From Octopus sinensis (taxonomy: Eukaryota): 64,000 nucleotides of DNA. This document shows positions 27,125 to 40,335 of this stretch, in pieces. A model generated the notes under the pieces. It did no database searches and had not been told where the DNA came from. It saw nothing but the letters and a program-made list of their open reading frames with translations. Made by a program: the position numbers and the translations under genes. Position 1 is the stretch's first letter; every line of letters begins with the position of its first letter. The DNA is taken from assembly GCF_006345805.1 (NCBI RefSeq), contig NW_021833439.1:18987-82986 (forward strand). Reading direction: 5' to 3'.

Positions 27125-27325
27125 TTTGTTTGTCCACCTAACATAGCTTGACAACCGATGCTGGTGTGTTTACGTCCCCGTCACTTAGTGGTTCAGCAAA
27201 AGAGCCTGGTAGAATATGTACTAGGCTTACAAAGAATAAGTCGTGGGGTCGATTTGCTCGACCAAAGGCGGTGCTCCAGCATGGCCACAGTCAAATGACT
27301 GAAACAAAATAAAAAGAGTAAAAGA
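27125..27325 (+). mobile_element. Family C SINE 3' half
   Basis: CTTGACAACCGATGCTGGTGTGTTTACGTCCCCG...AAAGGCGGTGCTCCAGCATGGCC. Confidence 0.85.
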
Positions 27326-27377
27326 GTATATATATAGATAGATAGGTAGATAGATATATGCACACACACGCACACAC

Positions 27378-27426
<49 letters not shown>

Positions 27427-27753
27427 AACATACATACATATATATGTGTGTGTGTGTAAGTCACTTTATCAACAAGGCTATCGGATATGGTTATGCATCG
27501 CTGGTCACAACGTGCCTTCCTGCATTGTTGTAGCCTTCAAATGATGCAACTCCGTTGCTAGACAAACAAGCCAACATCCCATCTTATTGGGACGGCAGTC
27601 CGTCGCTGTGCTATCCCTTTTAAAGATGAGTGGCCTGGACCAACGTGAAGTTACCTGTTTTGATCAAGAAGACAACGTACTGTCGGTCTGAGAATCGAGA
27701 CCACAATGTTGTACCGTGAATGCCATGCAGCCATGTGGTAGTTATTTTGATAT

Positions 27754-27990
27754 AAGGAGGCGAGCTGGCAGAAACGTTAGCACGTCGGGCGAAATGCTTA
27801 GCGGTATTTCGTCTGCCGTTACGTTATGAGTTCAAATTCCGCCGAGGTCGACTTTGCCTTTCATCCTTTCGGGGTCGATAAAATAAGTACCACTTACGCA
27901 CTGGGGTCGATGTATCGACTTAATACCTATGTCTGTCCTTGTTTGTCCCCTCTGTGTTTAGCCCCTTGTGAGTAATAAAGAAATAGGTAA
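27754..27990 (+). mobile_element. SINE family D monomer
   Basis: Head, core and tail close to consensus. Confidence 0.88.
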
Positions 27991-28015
27991 TTATTTTAAT
28001 ATAGATGTTAATAAT

Positions 28016-28233
28016 CATTTCTACTAAAGACACAAGGCCTAAAATTTTGCGGGAGGGGACTAGTCGATAACATCGACCCCAGATTTTCACTGGTACTAAA
28101 TTTATCGAATCTAAAACGATGAAAGACAGAGTCGACCTCGGCGAGATTTGAACGTAGAATGTAAAGACGGACGAAATGCCGCTAAGTATTTTGCCCGGCG
28201 CGCTAATGATTCCGCCAGCTCGCCGCCTTAATG
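28016..28233 (-). mobile_element. SINE family D with 14-bp TSD
   Basis: TAGATGTTAATAAT at 28002-28015 and 28234-28247. Confidence 0.88.
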
Positions 28234-28319
28234 TAGATGTTAATAATGCGACAGGATTACAACTAAATTTGAACATGGAAGTTAAATTTTAGTGACCTTG
28301 TTTCTACCAAGGATTAATT

Positions 28320-28800
28320 CTCGTGACTTTTGCTAGGCCTTTCGAAGACGTCGGTAAACTTCGTACTATTAATATTCTTGTTAAACTGTTGAAGGTCAAA
28401 TGTTGCAGGGAAGGTATAAACAAGGAGAAAATTCCAGACTGACAATGTTTTGGGGAAGAATAACTGGGCATAGGAAGGGTGGTATGTTGATGCTAGCAGT
28501 GGTGATGATGGTGGTGGTGGATGCAAGAAGGTTGCCGAGAGTAGAATAGCCGCCTGAGTACGAGACAAGCCAGTCCTTAGATACAAAGGTCATTATACAA
28601 GCGATAGAAAAGATGAGTTCGGCTGTAGGCGTAAAGGAAGCAGAGATGGAGCTGGTGGTGAGTGCAACAACGATGATGAGAGTAGAAGAAATGTGGGAGT
28701 CATTGATGCCTGAGGGGAAGAGGTACAAGATGAGTTAGCCCCCACCAAAACAGAAGACATTACACTAATGATGAAAACGGGATGGGTCACTTCAATGTCG
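28320..28800 (-). mobile_element. Degenerate LINE (CR1/L2/Jockey group) RT C-terminal fragment
   Basis: Minus-strand peptides LFYRLYNDLC and YAQLFFPKTLSVWN..FPATFDLQQFNKNIN resemble the LFYR..GLCS and SFFPRT..LWNSLP..FP..YDLQ.FK motifs; frameshifted. Confidence 0.65.
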
Positions 28801-29614
28801 GCTAATGACTGGGGTTTGTCTGTGAAGTAATTTATTGCAAATTCTTGAGTCAGAAGTTATATTACGTGTGTATATATTCATTCATTGTAAATAGATTTAC
28901 TTCATGTAGATAGATTAAGTATTAATTTTCATATGTTTTATATAAAAACCACCAAATTTCAGGATTTAGTAAGCGGATTCGATCTCTGAATTAGCATCCT
29001 CATTTGTGTGTTAAAATTAATTTTTAGATTTCCGAACACTGTGTTCAATTCCAGCCCGTGTAAACTATGCATCTTGTTCATTTGGAGCCAGGAAGTCAAA
29101 TACCATAATAAGCCACTGGATTATGAGAACTTCAAGGGCGTTGGAACGTGATTTCTTTTGATATCTTTACTGAAACTGCGCATTCTCAATTTAAAACTCC
29201 CGTCTAACATAGTACACACAATATCTGATTGTAATGATACAAAATTAATAATCTAGTTTCCACTTTCCATAAGAATTTAATCTTGCTTTACATACAGTGC
29301 GGAGTAATTAGTATTGTCAAAGAAGTTGTTAGCAGAGAAGAAAATACAGACCAAAATATCGACAAAGTATATGGAGTAAAGAAATACATGAAAACAGAAA
29401 GCAAATAGCAGGGTCTTTGCTACATAAGGAATGCAGTGTTTTGTACAGAGCTGCCGGAACAAAGTAGATTCTGTTTAGTAATTATAGTTTTCTGTTCTGT
29501 CTCCAGTTCAGACTAACATGTAATCTGGGTTGCCGCCAGCAGGTAGCATCAGTAAGATCTCCAGAGATTTCAGTATACATACGCATATACTTATAAATAT
29601 GGTGTATATGGATG

Positions 29615-29665
<51 letters not shown>

Positions 29666-30849
29666 TTATATATGCATATTATATACATATATACATATCT
29701 TTTAAGAATACGTAATATATGAATACATAAATGAATATATGTGAATATAAAAATATACGTGTGTGCGTATATAAATAAATATTTTATATCATATATATAT
29801 GTGTGTGTGTGTATGTCTGTGTATATATATATATTGTGTATATATATATTATTTACACCACACATATATATATATGCATATATATATTATACATATATTA
29901 TATGTGTGTGTAGTATTATATATATATACATACACATATATATATATATGCATATATTATATATGGGTATATATATATATAATATATATATATATATCTA
30001 CATATATATATATGTGTGTGTGTTTGTGTATGTATATATACATACACATATAATATGCATATATGATATATATAGGTTATATATATATATATATACATAT
30101 ATATTTTCTCGTGAATATTTGCTCTGTATTGAAGTTATATATATATTATATATTTATACCATACACCATGTGTAAGCGTGTGGGTATGTATTTTAGCCTG
30201 GAGATATATGCGTTTCTTCGTGCGTATATATAATAGATAGTTTGTATAATAAAGTGGTTCTCTTGTTTTCATAAATAGCTAATTTAGTATATTTTGAGCC
30301 GCAAGATACCCATACCAAAAATGTACAACAAATATACTTTTATATCTAAACAAGAGACTAACATTCTCACCATTAACATACGTATGTATGTATGTATGTA
30401 TGTATGTATGTATGTATGTATGTATGTATGTATGTATGTATGTATGTGTGTATGTATGTATGTATATATGTATTTCAGCATGTATGTCATTATTCAGTTT
30501 TATTTCAAGATTTCTTGCCAATAGAGAAAGAGCCGGTTTCTAACCTAGATTCAAGGCTCCTTCATTGGAATTTCAACATCAACAACAGGTCGTTTTCGTA
30601 TTTATGTATATATACATGCAGATTTGTATGTCTTCTTTTATGCATGTGTTCTTATGCCTATACTTGTATATCTAGAAAGGCTTCTATATAGTTAAATAAT
30701 AAACTTCCGGAAAGTTTTACAGATTTTTACAGTTCCAATGATGACTTGGATCTGTAAACTTCGAATCATCTTTCTTCCCTCTAGTTTTGAGAAGTCTAAT
30801 TTCTCAAGATTGGCAGTGTGTTACATTCCCTTTTTTTTTATTTATGCGC

Positions 30850-31150
30850 CCTTTTCAAGCCTATTCAGGCTCATGGGCCCGGTTTCCCGGTTTCTGTGGC
30901 GTATGTGTCCCCCCCCCCCCAGCTAGACGGGATGCCAGTCCATCGCAGCGTTACTCAAGAAACAGGAAGAAAGAGTGAGATAAAGTTGGGGCGAAAGAGT
31001 ACAACAGGGGTCGCCACCACCCCCTGCCTGAGCCTCGTGGAGCTTGAGGTGTTTTCGCTCAATAAACACACAACGCCCATTCTGGGAGTCGAAACCGCGA
31101 TCCTCCGACCGCGAGTCCGCTGCCCTAATCACTAGGCCATTGCGCCTCCA
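30850..31150 (-). mobile_element. SINE head family A with body related to the 1437-1730 copy
   Basis: CCGGTTTCCCGGTTTC and GACGGGATGCCAGTCCATCGC body; family A head. Confidence 0.85.
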
Positions 31151-31899
31151 CGTTACATACCCTTTTATACCCATAATTACAGGTATAATTACTTGTAATT
31201 TGGATACAGTAACTGCAGATATCTCAATATTTCAGCGTATGTATTCTGTTTGTCGCTGATCTTTCGCTTTATGCTAAAATCCGCTGAGCAGCTAATATCC
31301 ACAACTGTACACAATTTCTTTTCTGTTTTTCAAATCATTAAACCAGGTCTGTTGTGCTTACATTTCATTGAGGCTTTCCCTGGGACATTTCTCCAGTAAT
31401 CCTTTTTCATTCTGAGTGGCTAAGGCTTCCACAATTCTGTAGATTCCTAATTCTTGTATGTGTATATTTATATATAATATATGGAAAGAGTAAAAAATCA
31501 CATCTACCGAACAGGGCTTTAGTCTATACAATCGTTAATCCGAGCTATAGGAACAAGAAGAAATTCTACGTAATATAATTTCTCGACGCTCTAACGAGTT
31601 CCCCGTTCTCCGGCTACATATTAAAAATAAAATTCTACTGTGCGTTTTCTTATTAGATATCGCTCCTTTATTTCTCTTCAAGTGATTGGACAGCGGCCAT
31701 GCTGAAGTACTGCCTTGTAATCTAAAGACACACATACACACATACAGGCACACACATATATGCACACACATACACACATATATATATGCACACACAAATG
31801 CATACAAACACTTACACGAACAAATGCTGAAAAATTAAAGCTCCCAAAATGTATTTGCATATATGTAATAGCGATTATTTTATGGATTTTTCAGGACAC

Positions 31900-32100
31900 A
31901 TTTTTATAGTAAGATAATGGAATATATCGACACGATTTGGGTCAGACATTTTATTCCACGACTTAACGAAGCGTTTCCGGTAGATGATACCTTTTTGCCG
32001 TTGTTTAACCTGCGGTAAATAGCCACCACATCCTTCTAAAGTTAAACCCATACGAATGATCAATTTGGACAATGCACTTAAAGACATTCACAAAGTTGGA
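31900..32100 (+). mobile_element. Possible highly degenerate Tc1-type transposase remnant
   Basis: Translation *PPHPSKVKPI loosely resembles the Tc1 WPPQSPDLNPIE motif; multiple stops. Confidence 0.25.
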
Positions 32101-32686
32101 AAGTTCTTAAGTTAACTTGCTTTCCTGAAATCTCTCCTCACTCAGTGGTTGGTACTAAACAACAAAAGCACCATAAACGACAAACAAAAACCGCAAAACT
32201 GACAGAACTACTAAGCAAGCAACAGCTGATTCCACTTGTTGCTTAATCGCAATCCTAATATTTATTCATACGAAACTACGAAACGTTATTATATGAAACA
32301 TCCATAATCCAATTAAAAATTTTTTCGCTCCAATTTTATTCAGATTTGCAATTATAAAGCATTGAACAACCAAACTATTGCATATTAATCAAAGCGACAA
32401 CAATCAAAGCAAGCACAATAGAACACAGCAGTGGTGATATTATTAACATGGGACAAACTTGTATAGCTCTTGTTTGGGACAGCACCTGTTGATGAGTTGA
32501 ACATTTAAACGCAAGTATAGAAGAATGGTTCAGAATTTTGCTTTACACAACCGCGCGATTTCTGGTTTCAGAGCCACTGTATGGCGCTTTGGGCAAGTAT
32601 CTTTTACAATAACTTCAGGTCGATGAATGCCCTATAAGTAAATTTGCTTGACGCAAACTGTGTCGAAGCCCTTTTTATATGAAATA

Positions 32687-32758
<72 letters not shown>

Positions 32759-32989
32759 AGTTAAAGTTAATCCAAACCTGAAAATACAAAGAGGAAACAC
32801 AACAACGCGACGATGTGGAACAAGTATACTGTTATTGGACACTCAGGAAAGGAGAAAAAGAAGGAGGATTTTAGAAACATATATATATATATTCTTATAT
32901 AAACAAAATAGCTAGTTGCCTAATCTCAAGAAGAGATCAGAGTAGTAACTATACTAACAAGTAACGACGATTGACTATAATGTGAAGAC

Positions 32990-33175
32990 GCTCGGGTCAG
33001 TGATTGGAGCTTCGGGTTTACAATTATGAGGTTGAAAATTTCGAATCCCCGACCGGGCTGCGTGTTGTGTTCTTGAGCAAGACACTTCATTTCACGTTAC
33101 TTCTTTTAACTCAGCTGTAGAAATTAGTATCGACGTCCTTGGTTCCGAGCTGCATTGGCCTTTGCAAACACATCG
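32990..33175 (+). mobile_element. CORE-type SINE family B
   Basis: CGAATCCCCGACCGGGCTGCGTGTTGTGTTCTTGAGCAAGACACTTCATTTCACG. Confidence 0.75.
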
Positions 33176-33220
33176 GATTTCATATTCAATATATGTATAT
33201 ATATATATATATGTATATAT

Positions 33221-33429
33221 GAGGCTGGAGGTGCTGTATATTTCCTGGTTTTAATGGTGTCGAAAAAGGCCCTGTTGTAGGCCCAACCTTCCGAGTTGTT
33301 TTGAAAAATTGAAGGACCACTGCAATAAGTGTGTGAATCTGTGAGGGGAATATGCTGAATAAAATCATAATTAACTGATCCTCCTCTATTTCCTTTTACT
33401 CAAAGCCCGGAACTCTTCGTCGTCCCTCA
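33221..33429 (+). mobile_element. Mariner-derived MITE retaining the transposase C-terminus
   Basis: 33300-33362 reads FEKLKDHCNKCVNL*GEYAE*, resembling the mariner end (..KL..RW.KC....G.Y.E); degenerate TIRs at both ends. Confidence 0.6.
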
Positions 33430-33475
33430 CATACATACATACATACATACATACATACATACATACATACATACA

Positions 33476-33507
<32 letters not shown>

Positions 33508-34322
33508 GCTAGCTAGTTTAAACTTAGTCTTAGAGGTCTAGTATCGTAAGTATTTGAAATTGCGTTCATTGTTTTGTGCACCAACAAATTTTACAACGAT
33601 TATACAATAGCCACTGTTATTATATTAGCCTAAACTAAAGTTGCGTAGTTATTCTGAATTGCTCTAACACACAGCTTAGTCCCAACTTTAACCTTTTCCC
33701 GCTTAAATTCCCTTCTTTCATGAATAATACGTATAAAAATAATCCTAAATAACGAGAAACCCTTGACATTTCAAATGAATTCATTAAATTGCCCTTTTCC
33801 TTGTAATTTCTTTTATTTTTTAAAATTTCATTATAATTTCCGCAACAAATTAAATGTTTATTGTGTTTGACTTTAATCAAAACAATGCAACTTAACCTTT
33901 CCCTCAAGTCTCGTATCTTCAAAGTAATTACGTAAGATATTTGTCTAAATGTCAGCCATTGTATTTAAACAGAAGAACAAAAAGAAAAGGAAAGTAATTA
34001 CGAACAAATGAAGGTGCCCTCCAAGTGCTTGGCTTAGCGTAATAGAAATAGTGGCGATACTTTACTCCAAACTAAACGCCATTACGTTATGTTATGCAAT
34101 AACGGATACCATTAAAAATTAGAGGATAGTTAAGGCTGGAACCCGTTTCATTGCACCGTGACTGATCGAGCAGGGTTCATCAGGGGCTGCACAACATGAG
34201 CAGTCACAACTACAATAATAACAATAATAAAAGCAAACGCAAATGGACTTATGATTGGAGAGTAATGAAGTACGATCCACCTACATTCACTTTTGTTTAC
34301 AATATATATATATATATATATA

Positions 34323-34623
34323 CTAGCAGTATCGCCCGGCGTTGCTCGGGTTTGTAAGGGAAATAACTATATAAGCATTTTTAGAGAGTTACTTCCCTTA
34401 TATAATAGCAAAAAAATGCATTAAAAATGGGAAAAAATTATGGTAAATTTTATTTTAAAAATCGTAGATTCATCGTAGACGCGCGCTAATACCCAGAAGG
34501 CTCGATATGAATCACGACTATAAGATACCCACTTTTGGTTAAACTGCACTGCAAAATGTGGAGTAGTTAGGAATCTAAATCGTAGGAACAGACACTCACA
34601 CAACTTCACTTTTATATATAAAG

Positions 34624-34624
<1 letters not shown>
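34323..34624 (-). mobile_element. Non-autonomous Helitron
   Basis: Minus strand A|TC 5' end (TCTTTATATATAAAAGTG), GC-rich hairpin CCCGAGCAACGCCGGG about 8 nt before the 3' CTAG|T; no TSD; sits in a TA tract. Confidence 0.85.
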
Positions 34625-34672
<48 letters not shown>

Positions 34673-34689
34673 CAGGATAAAAAAGTGTT

Positions 34690-34900
34690 TGTGTGTGGTT
34701 GTGTGTCTAATATTGCTCTCTACCACTGCTTGACAACCGGTGCTGGTGTGTTTACGTTCCCATAACTTAGCAGTTCAGCCCAAGAACCAGTACCAAGCTT
34801 TAAAAAAGAAAAAAATTCTGTAGTTAATTCTCCAAAACGGTGCTCCAGCATGGCCGCAGTCTAATGACTAAAACAAGGAAAAAAAAAATAAAACATAAAA
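34690..34900 (+). mobile_element. Family C SINE 3' half
   Basis: GCTTGACAACCGGTGCTGGTGTGTTTACG...CGGTGCTCCAGCATGGCCGCAG. Confidence 0.75.
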
Positions 34901-35247
34901 AAGATTCTTCATTCTCACGTTAATAATTAATTCAGCTTTGCATTCTGCTTTTCGACAGAACTGTCATTAAAGAGCTTAAGGGAGTTTAACGGGATTAATG
35001 ATTGATAGATGGCTAGACTTAGGGGAAGTTTACAATACACAAATCACAGATCGGCTCACACAAGAATGATTAAACGGATAACGTATTTGTGTCAAACAGC
35101 CTTCTGTCAATTAGATATGCAAATATGTGTATATGTGACTGATGAGGAAATATATGCATAAATATATATACATACAAAATTATGTATACCTTCAATCTAT
35201 CTATCTATCTGTCCATCTGTTTGTCTGCCTCTCTGTCAGTGTATCTG

Positions 35248-35287
<40 letters not shown>

Positions 35288-35459
35288 TATTTAATTGAAC
35301 AAAAAGCATCCATTTTCGAGTCAGTTTATATATCTATCTATCTATCCATCTGTCTACGTATATATGCATATATATATATATGTATTATATTATATTAATA
35401 TTTAATTGAACATCACGCATCAATTTTCGAGTAAGTTTATCTATCTATCTATCTATCTA

Positions 35460-35512
<53 letters not shown>

Positions 35513-35624
35513 GTCTGTCTATAAAAGAAGTCCCATTGCATTAGAATGCCCTGTGTAATATAATTCTGCCCGTGTTGTGTAGACAATCCTTAATTCCATT
35601 TTGAAATTCAACAATCCTATAATA

Positions 35625-36615
35625 CTTTCTATTATAGGAAAACGGCCTGAAATTTGAGGGAGGGGGATAGTCGATTAAATCGACCCCAGTACGCAAATGG
35701 TACTTAATTTATCAACCCGATAAGATGAAAGTCAAAGTCGACCCTAGCGGAATTTGAACTCAGAACGTAAACACAGGCGAAATACTGCTAGCGTTTCACC
35801 CGGCGTGCTCACGATTCTGCCAGCTCACCGACTTCAATCATCCTATAAGCTTTTCTACTCTTGGTAGGAGGTACTAAATTTTTGGAAACAAAGCCAGTCA
35901 ATTAGACTGATCCCTGTACACAATTGGTACTTAATTTATCGAACCTCGAAAGGATGAAGGGCAAAATCGACCTCAGCGCGACTTGAACTTATAACTTAAA
36001 GACAGGCGAAATACCTATTTTTTTACTACCCACAAGGGGCTAAACACAGAGATGACAAACAAGGACAGACAAACGGATTAAGTCGATTATATCGACTCCA
36101 GTGCGTAGATAGATAGATATACTTAATTTATCGACTCCGAAAGGATGAAAGGCAAAGTCGACCTCGACGGAAGTTGAGCTCAGAACGTAGCGGCAGACGA
36201 CATACCTATTTCTTTACTACCCATAAGGGGCTAAACACAGAGAGGACAAACAAGGACAGCCAAACGGATTTAGTCGATTGTAACGACCTCAGTGCGTAAC
36301 TGGTACTTATTTAATAGACCCCGAAAGGATGAAAGGCAAAGTCGACCTCGGCGGAATTTGAACTCAGAACGTAGCTGCAGACGAAATACCTATTTCTTTA
36401 CTACCCACAAGGGGCTAAACACAGAGGGGACAAACAAGGACAGACGAACGGATTAAATCGATTACATCGACCCCAGAGCGTAACTGGTACTTAATTTTAT
36501 CGACCTCGAAAGGATGAAAGGCAAAGTAGACCTCGGCGGAATTTGAACTCGGACGTAGCGGCAGACGAAATACTGCTACGCATTTTGCCCGGCGTGCTAA
36601 CGATTCCACCAGCTC
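35625..36615 (-). mobile_element. Tandem array of five family D SINE units
   Basis: Junctions (G)AAATACCTATTT at ~36010, ~36201 and ~36385; period about 185-190 bp. Confidence 0.9.
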
Positions 36616-37428
36616 AACGTCTTCAACCTTCCTATAATCGCCCACTCAAAAACCTGTTACCAACAGCGCTATTGTTCTGAACAACAAGAGTGATAACGAG
36701 ATAGATAGACAGATAGATAGATAGATATATAGATAGGTACATACATTCATATGCATATACATCTATTAATAAACGAATTGGTGTCCGTGTATATAACTAT
36801 ATTGCGTTTATTATTCAGAAGTTTGAGTGCATGTAGATATGTATGTACATACACGCATACACACACATACGTGCATGTATGTGTGTGCGTATCTGTACGC
36901 ATGTTGTCTGGGTGTATGTATGCGTGTAGATACGTGCGTATGTATATTTAATTAGGCCTTTTAGTTTGCTCTGAATGTACGACAAAAACATGACAATCAG
37001 GCTTAAAAGCGTTGGGTCGAATTAGTGGATTGGCGACTAAATTAAGACAGTGTCGTAAATGGTGCTATAGAAATATCAGGGCCAGACACAACCGTAAACA
37101 TAACACCATTAGCAGCTACAAACTAATATATATATGTATATATATATATGTATATATATGTACATATTGGGGAGAGAGAAAGTCAGGGAGACAAAGAGTG
37201 AGACATAGAGAAAGAGGATGAGAGAGAGAGAGAGAAGAGGACAGACAAAGAGACAGACAATTATTCAGATCAATAGAGGAAACCTTTGTGTTTCTTAATG
37301 CTTTTGTGTGTATGAAACATAGCATGTTTTAATGACTGTAATCTCTCTCTCTTACGTCCAAGTAATTAGGGCATATGAATACGTTTCCCGCCCCCCATCT
37401 TATATAAATATAACATATATATACATAC

Positions 37429-37462
<34 letters not shown>

Positions 37463-37469
37463 GTATATA

Positions 37470-37530
<61 letters not shown>

Positions 37531-37919
37531 CCACGTACAATCATACGTCGCGTACGCACACACACACATATATATGTGTATATGTGTATGTATGTATGTC
37601 GTCACCATCATCTCGTATCATAGGATGTAATTTCCCCTTTGCTGATCGCTTCATTTATAGTGACAGTGATGGCGCTGCTGACTCTGTCGAACAATTCTTT
37701 CAGGGTAGAGGGTCGCGGGCGTTGGCTACCTGGCGATGTTGAAGGAGGACGAGGCTGATTTTGTCCAGCCTTTCTCTCTAGTCGTATCATTTCTTCCCTT
37801 TCTCCTCTTGTGGCTTCGAAGTTTTTAGCTCCGCTTGTTTATCTACGCATACAGACATGCATGTATATACATATGTGTGTGTATATGTGTGTGTATGTAT
37901 ATATATATTTTTTCTCTCA

Positions 37920-38080
37920 TTCTTTTCTCTCCTTGATTTTTTCTGTGTATCTTTCTGTCGAAGAGCGTAGGCTCGAAACGTAAAAGACTTTTTCTATTTC
38001 TATTCCTGAGCGCTATACTAATACATTTGTTTGTTTGTACTCCACGTGCCTTCGTCTTTTGTTTATTTTCGTAAACCTTC
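37920..38080 (+). mobile_element. Short TA-embedded element carrying a hammerhead-like motif (CUGUCGA variant)
   Basis: 37950-37987 TCTTT-CTGTCGA-A-GAGC-GTAG-GCTC-GAAAC-GTA-AAAGA with perfect stems I and II. Confidence 0.65.
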
Positions 38081-39153
38081 CCGTTATATATATATATATA
38101 TATATATTGATAGAAATGGTAAGACAACAAAAGAATGAAAGAGACCTCGATATTATGTAAATAGAGGAATTTATCTGTAAATGTAATATGTGACAATTAT
38201 TCGGTAGCCTTGATAAAAATCCGAGTTTCGGATGTCGTGGTGGAAACCCAAGCCGCCATCTCTTCAGTTATCCAGCCATCGGAAAAAAAATTCTATGAAA
38301 ATGACCGTTAATCAAAGGGAAATTACTGTGTGATTGACCGTTGTTAAGACTAAAGAGGTATTCGAATGACCGCTAAGTGAGGAGAGGGAGAATACTATGA
38401 ACATTTTTACCCCTTTACTTTTACTCCCTCCCCTCATTAACCGTTGAGATTCGCCTGTCTCTAATCAACTCCGCATAATTCTAGTGCTGTAACAGACACC
38501 CATCAGTAAGAGAATTAATATATTCTTTGCTTCATATAATGATTACCTCAGTTAACTGTGGTGCCATGCACTTCTTGCGGGTCGTCCTACAAAAATTATA
38601 TACGCACACATATAAACATACGCATATGTAAACACCCACACACCCACATTCGCATATATATATATATATATATATTTATTTATATATATATGCGAGAGTG
38701 AAGCTGTGTATAAGTAATACATATACATGGCCTTATTTTTGTGTTTTTCTGTCTTGTATACAGATTTTTTCAAAATTCATAGTTTTGCATTCAAGTATTG
38801 AAATATTTTTAAATTATGGCAATCACCAGACCCAGTTTATTTGCAATTACTTCGCAAAAGGCAGCAGCTGGTAAATATTTAGATCAGTTAATGGCATGTC
38901 CGTCCATCTGTTTATCAACCTATTAATCAAATACGCCATTTAATTTTCTAGATACTAATACTTTTAGCTATCTGTATATCTATACGAACTATTTTGTGAT
39001 CGATACATAATTTGCATACCCTTAAGGCTGTTTTTTTTCTTTCTACGAACCCTTTTGATCTAAAACCTACCCCACTTTTTCTCCCCCCACCTAAAGCTCT
39101 ACTTTGTAATTTGTCCCATGTGTGTCCAGCCCTGTGTGGCTAATAACGAAACA

Positions 39154-39238
<85 letters not shown>

Positions 39239-39619
39239 GTCTCTCCGGCATTCTATCTGTCTGTTTGTCTGACTCTCTGTATGTATGTATACGTATGCAT
39301 ACATACATAAATACTTACATACACATGTATACACGCTGCAGTACACATTTCCTCGTATTTAAGTCTCTTTCTCTCTGTTTGGTATTACTTATACTGTTTG
39401 GTAAGTAATTGTAGCGGAATGTAAGTTATTTGCCACGTGTTAATTAGTTGCTTGTTTGCAAGGACAATTAGCGCAAACTGAAGATGACATGTCGTAGTAG
39501 TTTAGAGCGTTTGAGTTCTCTGTTAGTAAATTACAGACACCGATGGGAAGAGATACCAAGTGTTCAACTCACCTTACGAGTGTGCACCAACGTCTAGCTT
39601 AAAAAATAGCATTTTTTTT

Positions 39620-40335
39620 ACTCGTTTTAGTCAATGGACTGTGGCAATGCTGGAGCAACTCCCTGGAAGATCTACGTCGAAACATTCGACCCTAGTATTC
39701 ATTGTTTTTGTTTTTTATAAAGCCTGGTGCTAACTCTATCGGGGTCTTTTGTCGAAACGCTAAGTCACAGGGACAAAACAAACCAATGGGTGTAGATGAG
39801 CGTTGGCGGGGTGATAAACACAAATGTAGACATATACACGCACATACACATGCATACACACACACATTCACACACGCACGGACACACATGCACACGCATA
39901 CACACAGACCGACACACACACATGATACACACAGGCACACAGAAACGTACACATGCACAGACACACACACACACATAGACATACGCACATACACATGCAT
40001 ATACACACACACTCACGCACGTACGAACACACACATGCACACGCACACAGACAAAAACACATGCACATGCACACACAGACACACAGAAACGCACACATGC
40101 ACACACACAGACGCACAGACTCTCACACATATATACACACTCACACACACATGCACACATACACACACACACATATACACGCGCGCATCCACACACGGTG
40201 GGGTTCTTCAGTTTTGTTTACCAAACACTTATAAGGTATTGCTCAATCCGGATCGATAGTAGAGGACATTTGCCCAGTTTATCCGCATCGTGGATTGATC
40301 TCGAAACCACGCGGTTTCAACATGAACCTCTTACC
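39620..40335 (-). mobile_element. Family C SINE with greatly expanded internal (CA)-rich tract
   Basis: Tail at ~39620-39810, CA-rich tract ~39820-40195, diverged head ~40200-40335. Confidence 0.75.

Noticed and set aside
34135-34195. CTGATGA...GAAAC on the minus strand
   Set aside because: Flanks do not form stem I and stem II is not closed next to GAAA
35625-36615. Regularly spaced repeats resembling a CRISPR array
   Set aside because: Units are contiguous SINE-derived sequence with no unique spacers, the context is eukaryotic and there are no cas genes
38300-38520. Clustered TGACCG and TGATTGAC motifs suggesting an enhancer
   Set aside because: Short motifs are expected by chance; no conservation data available
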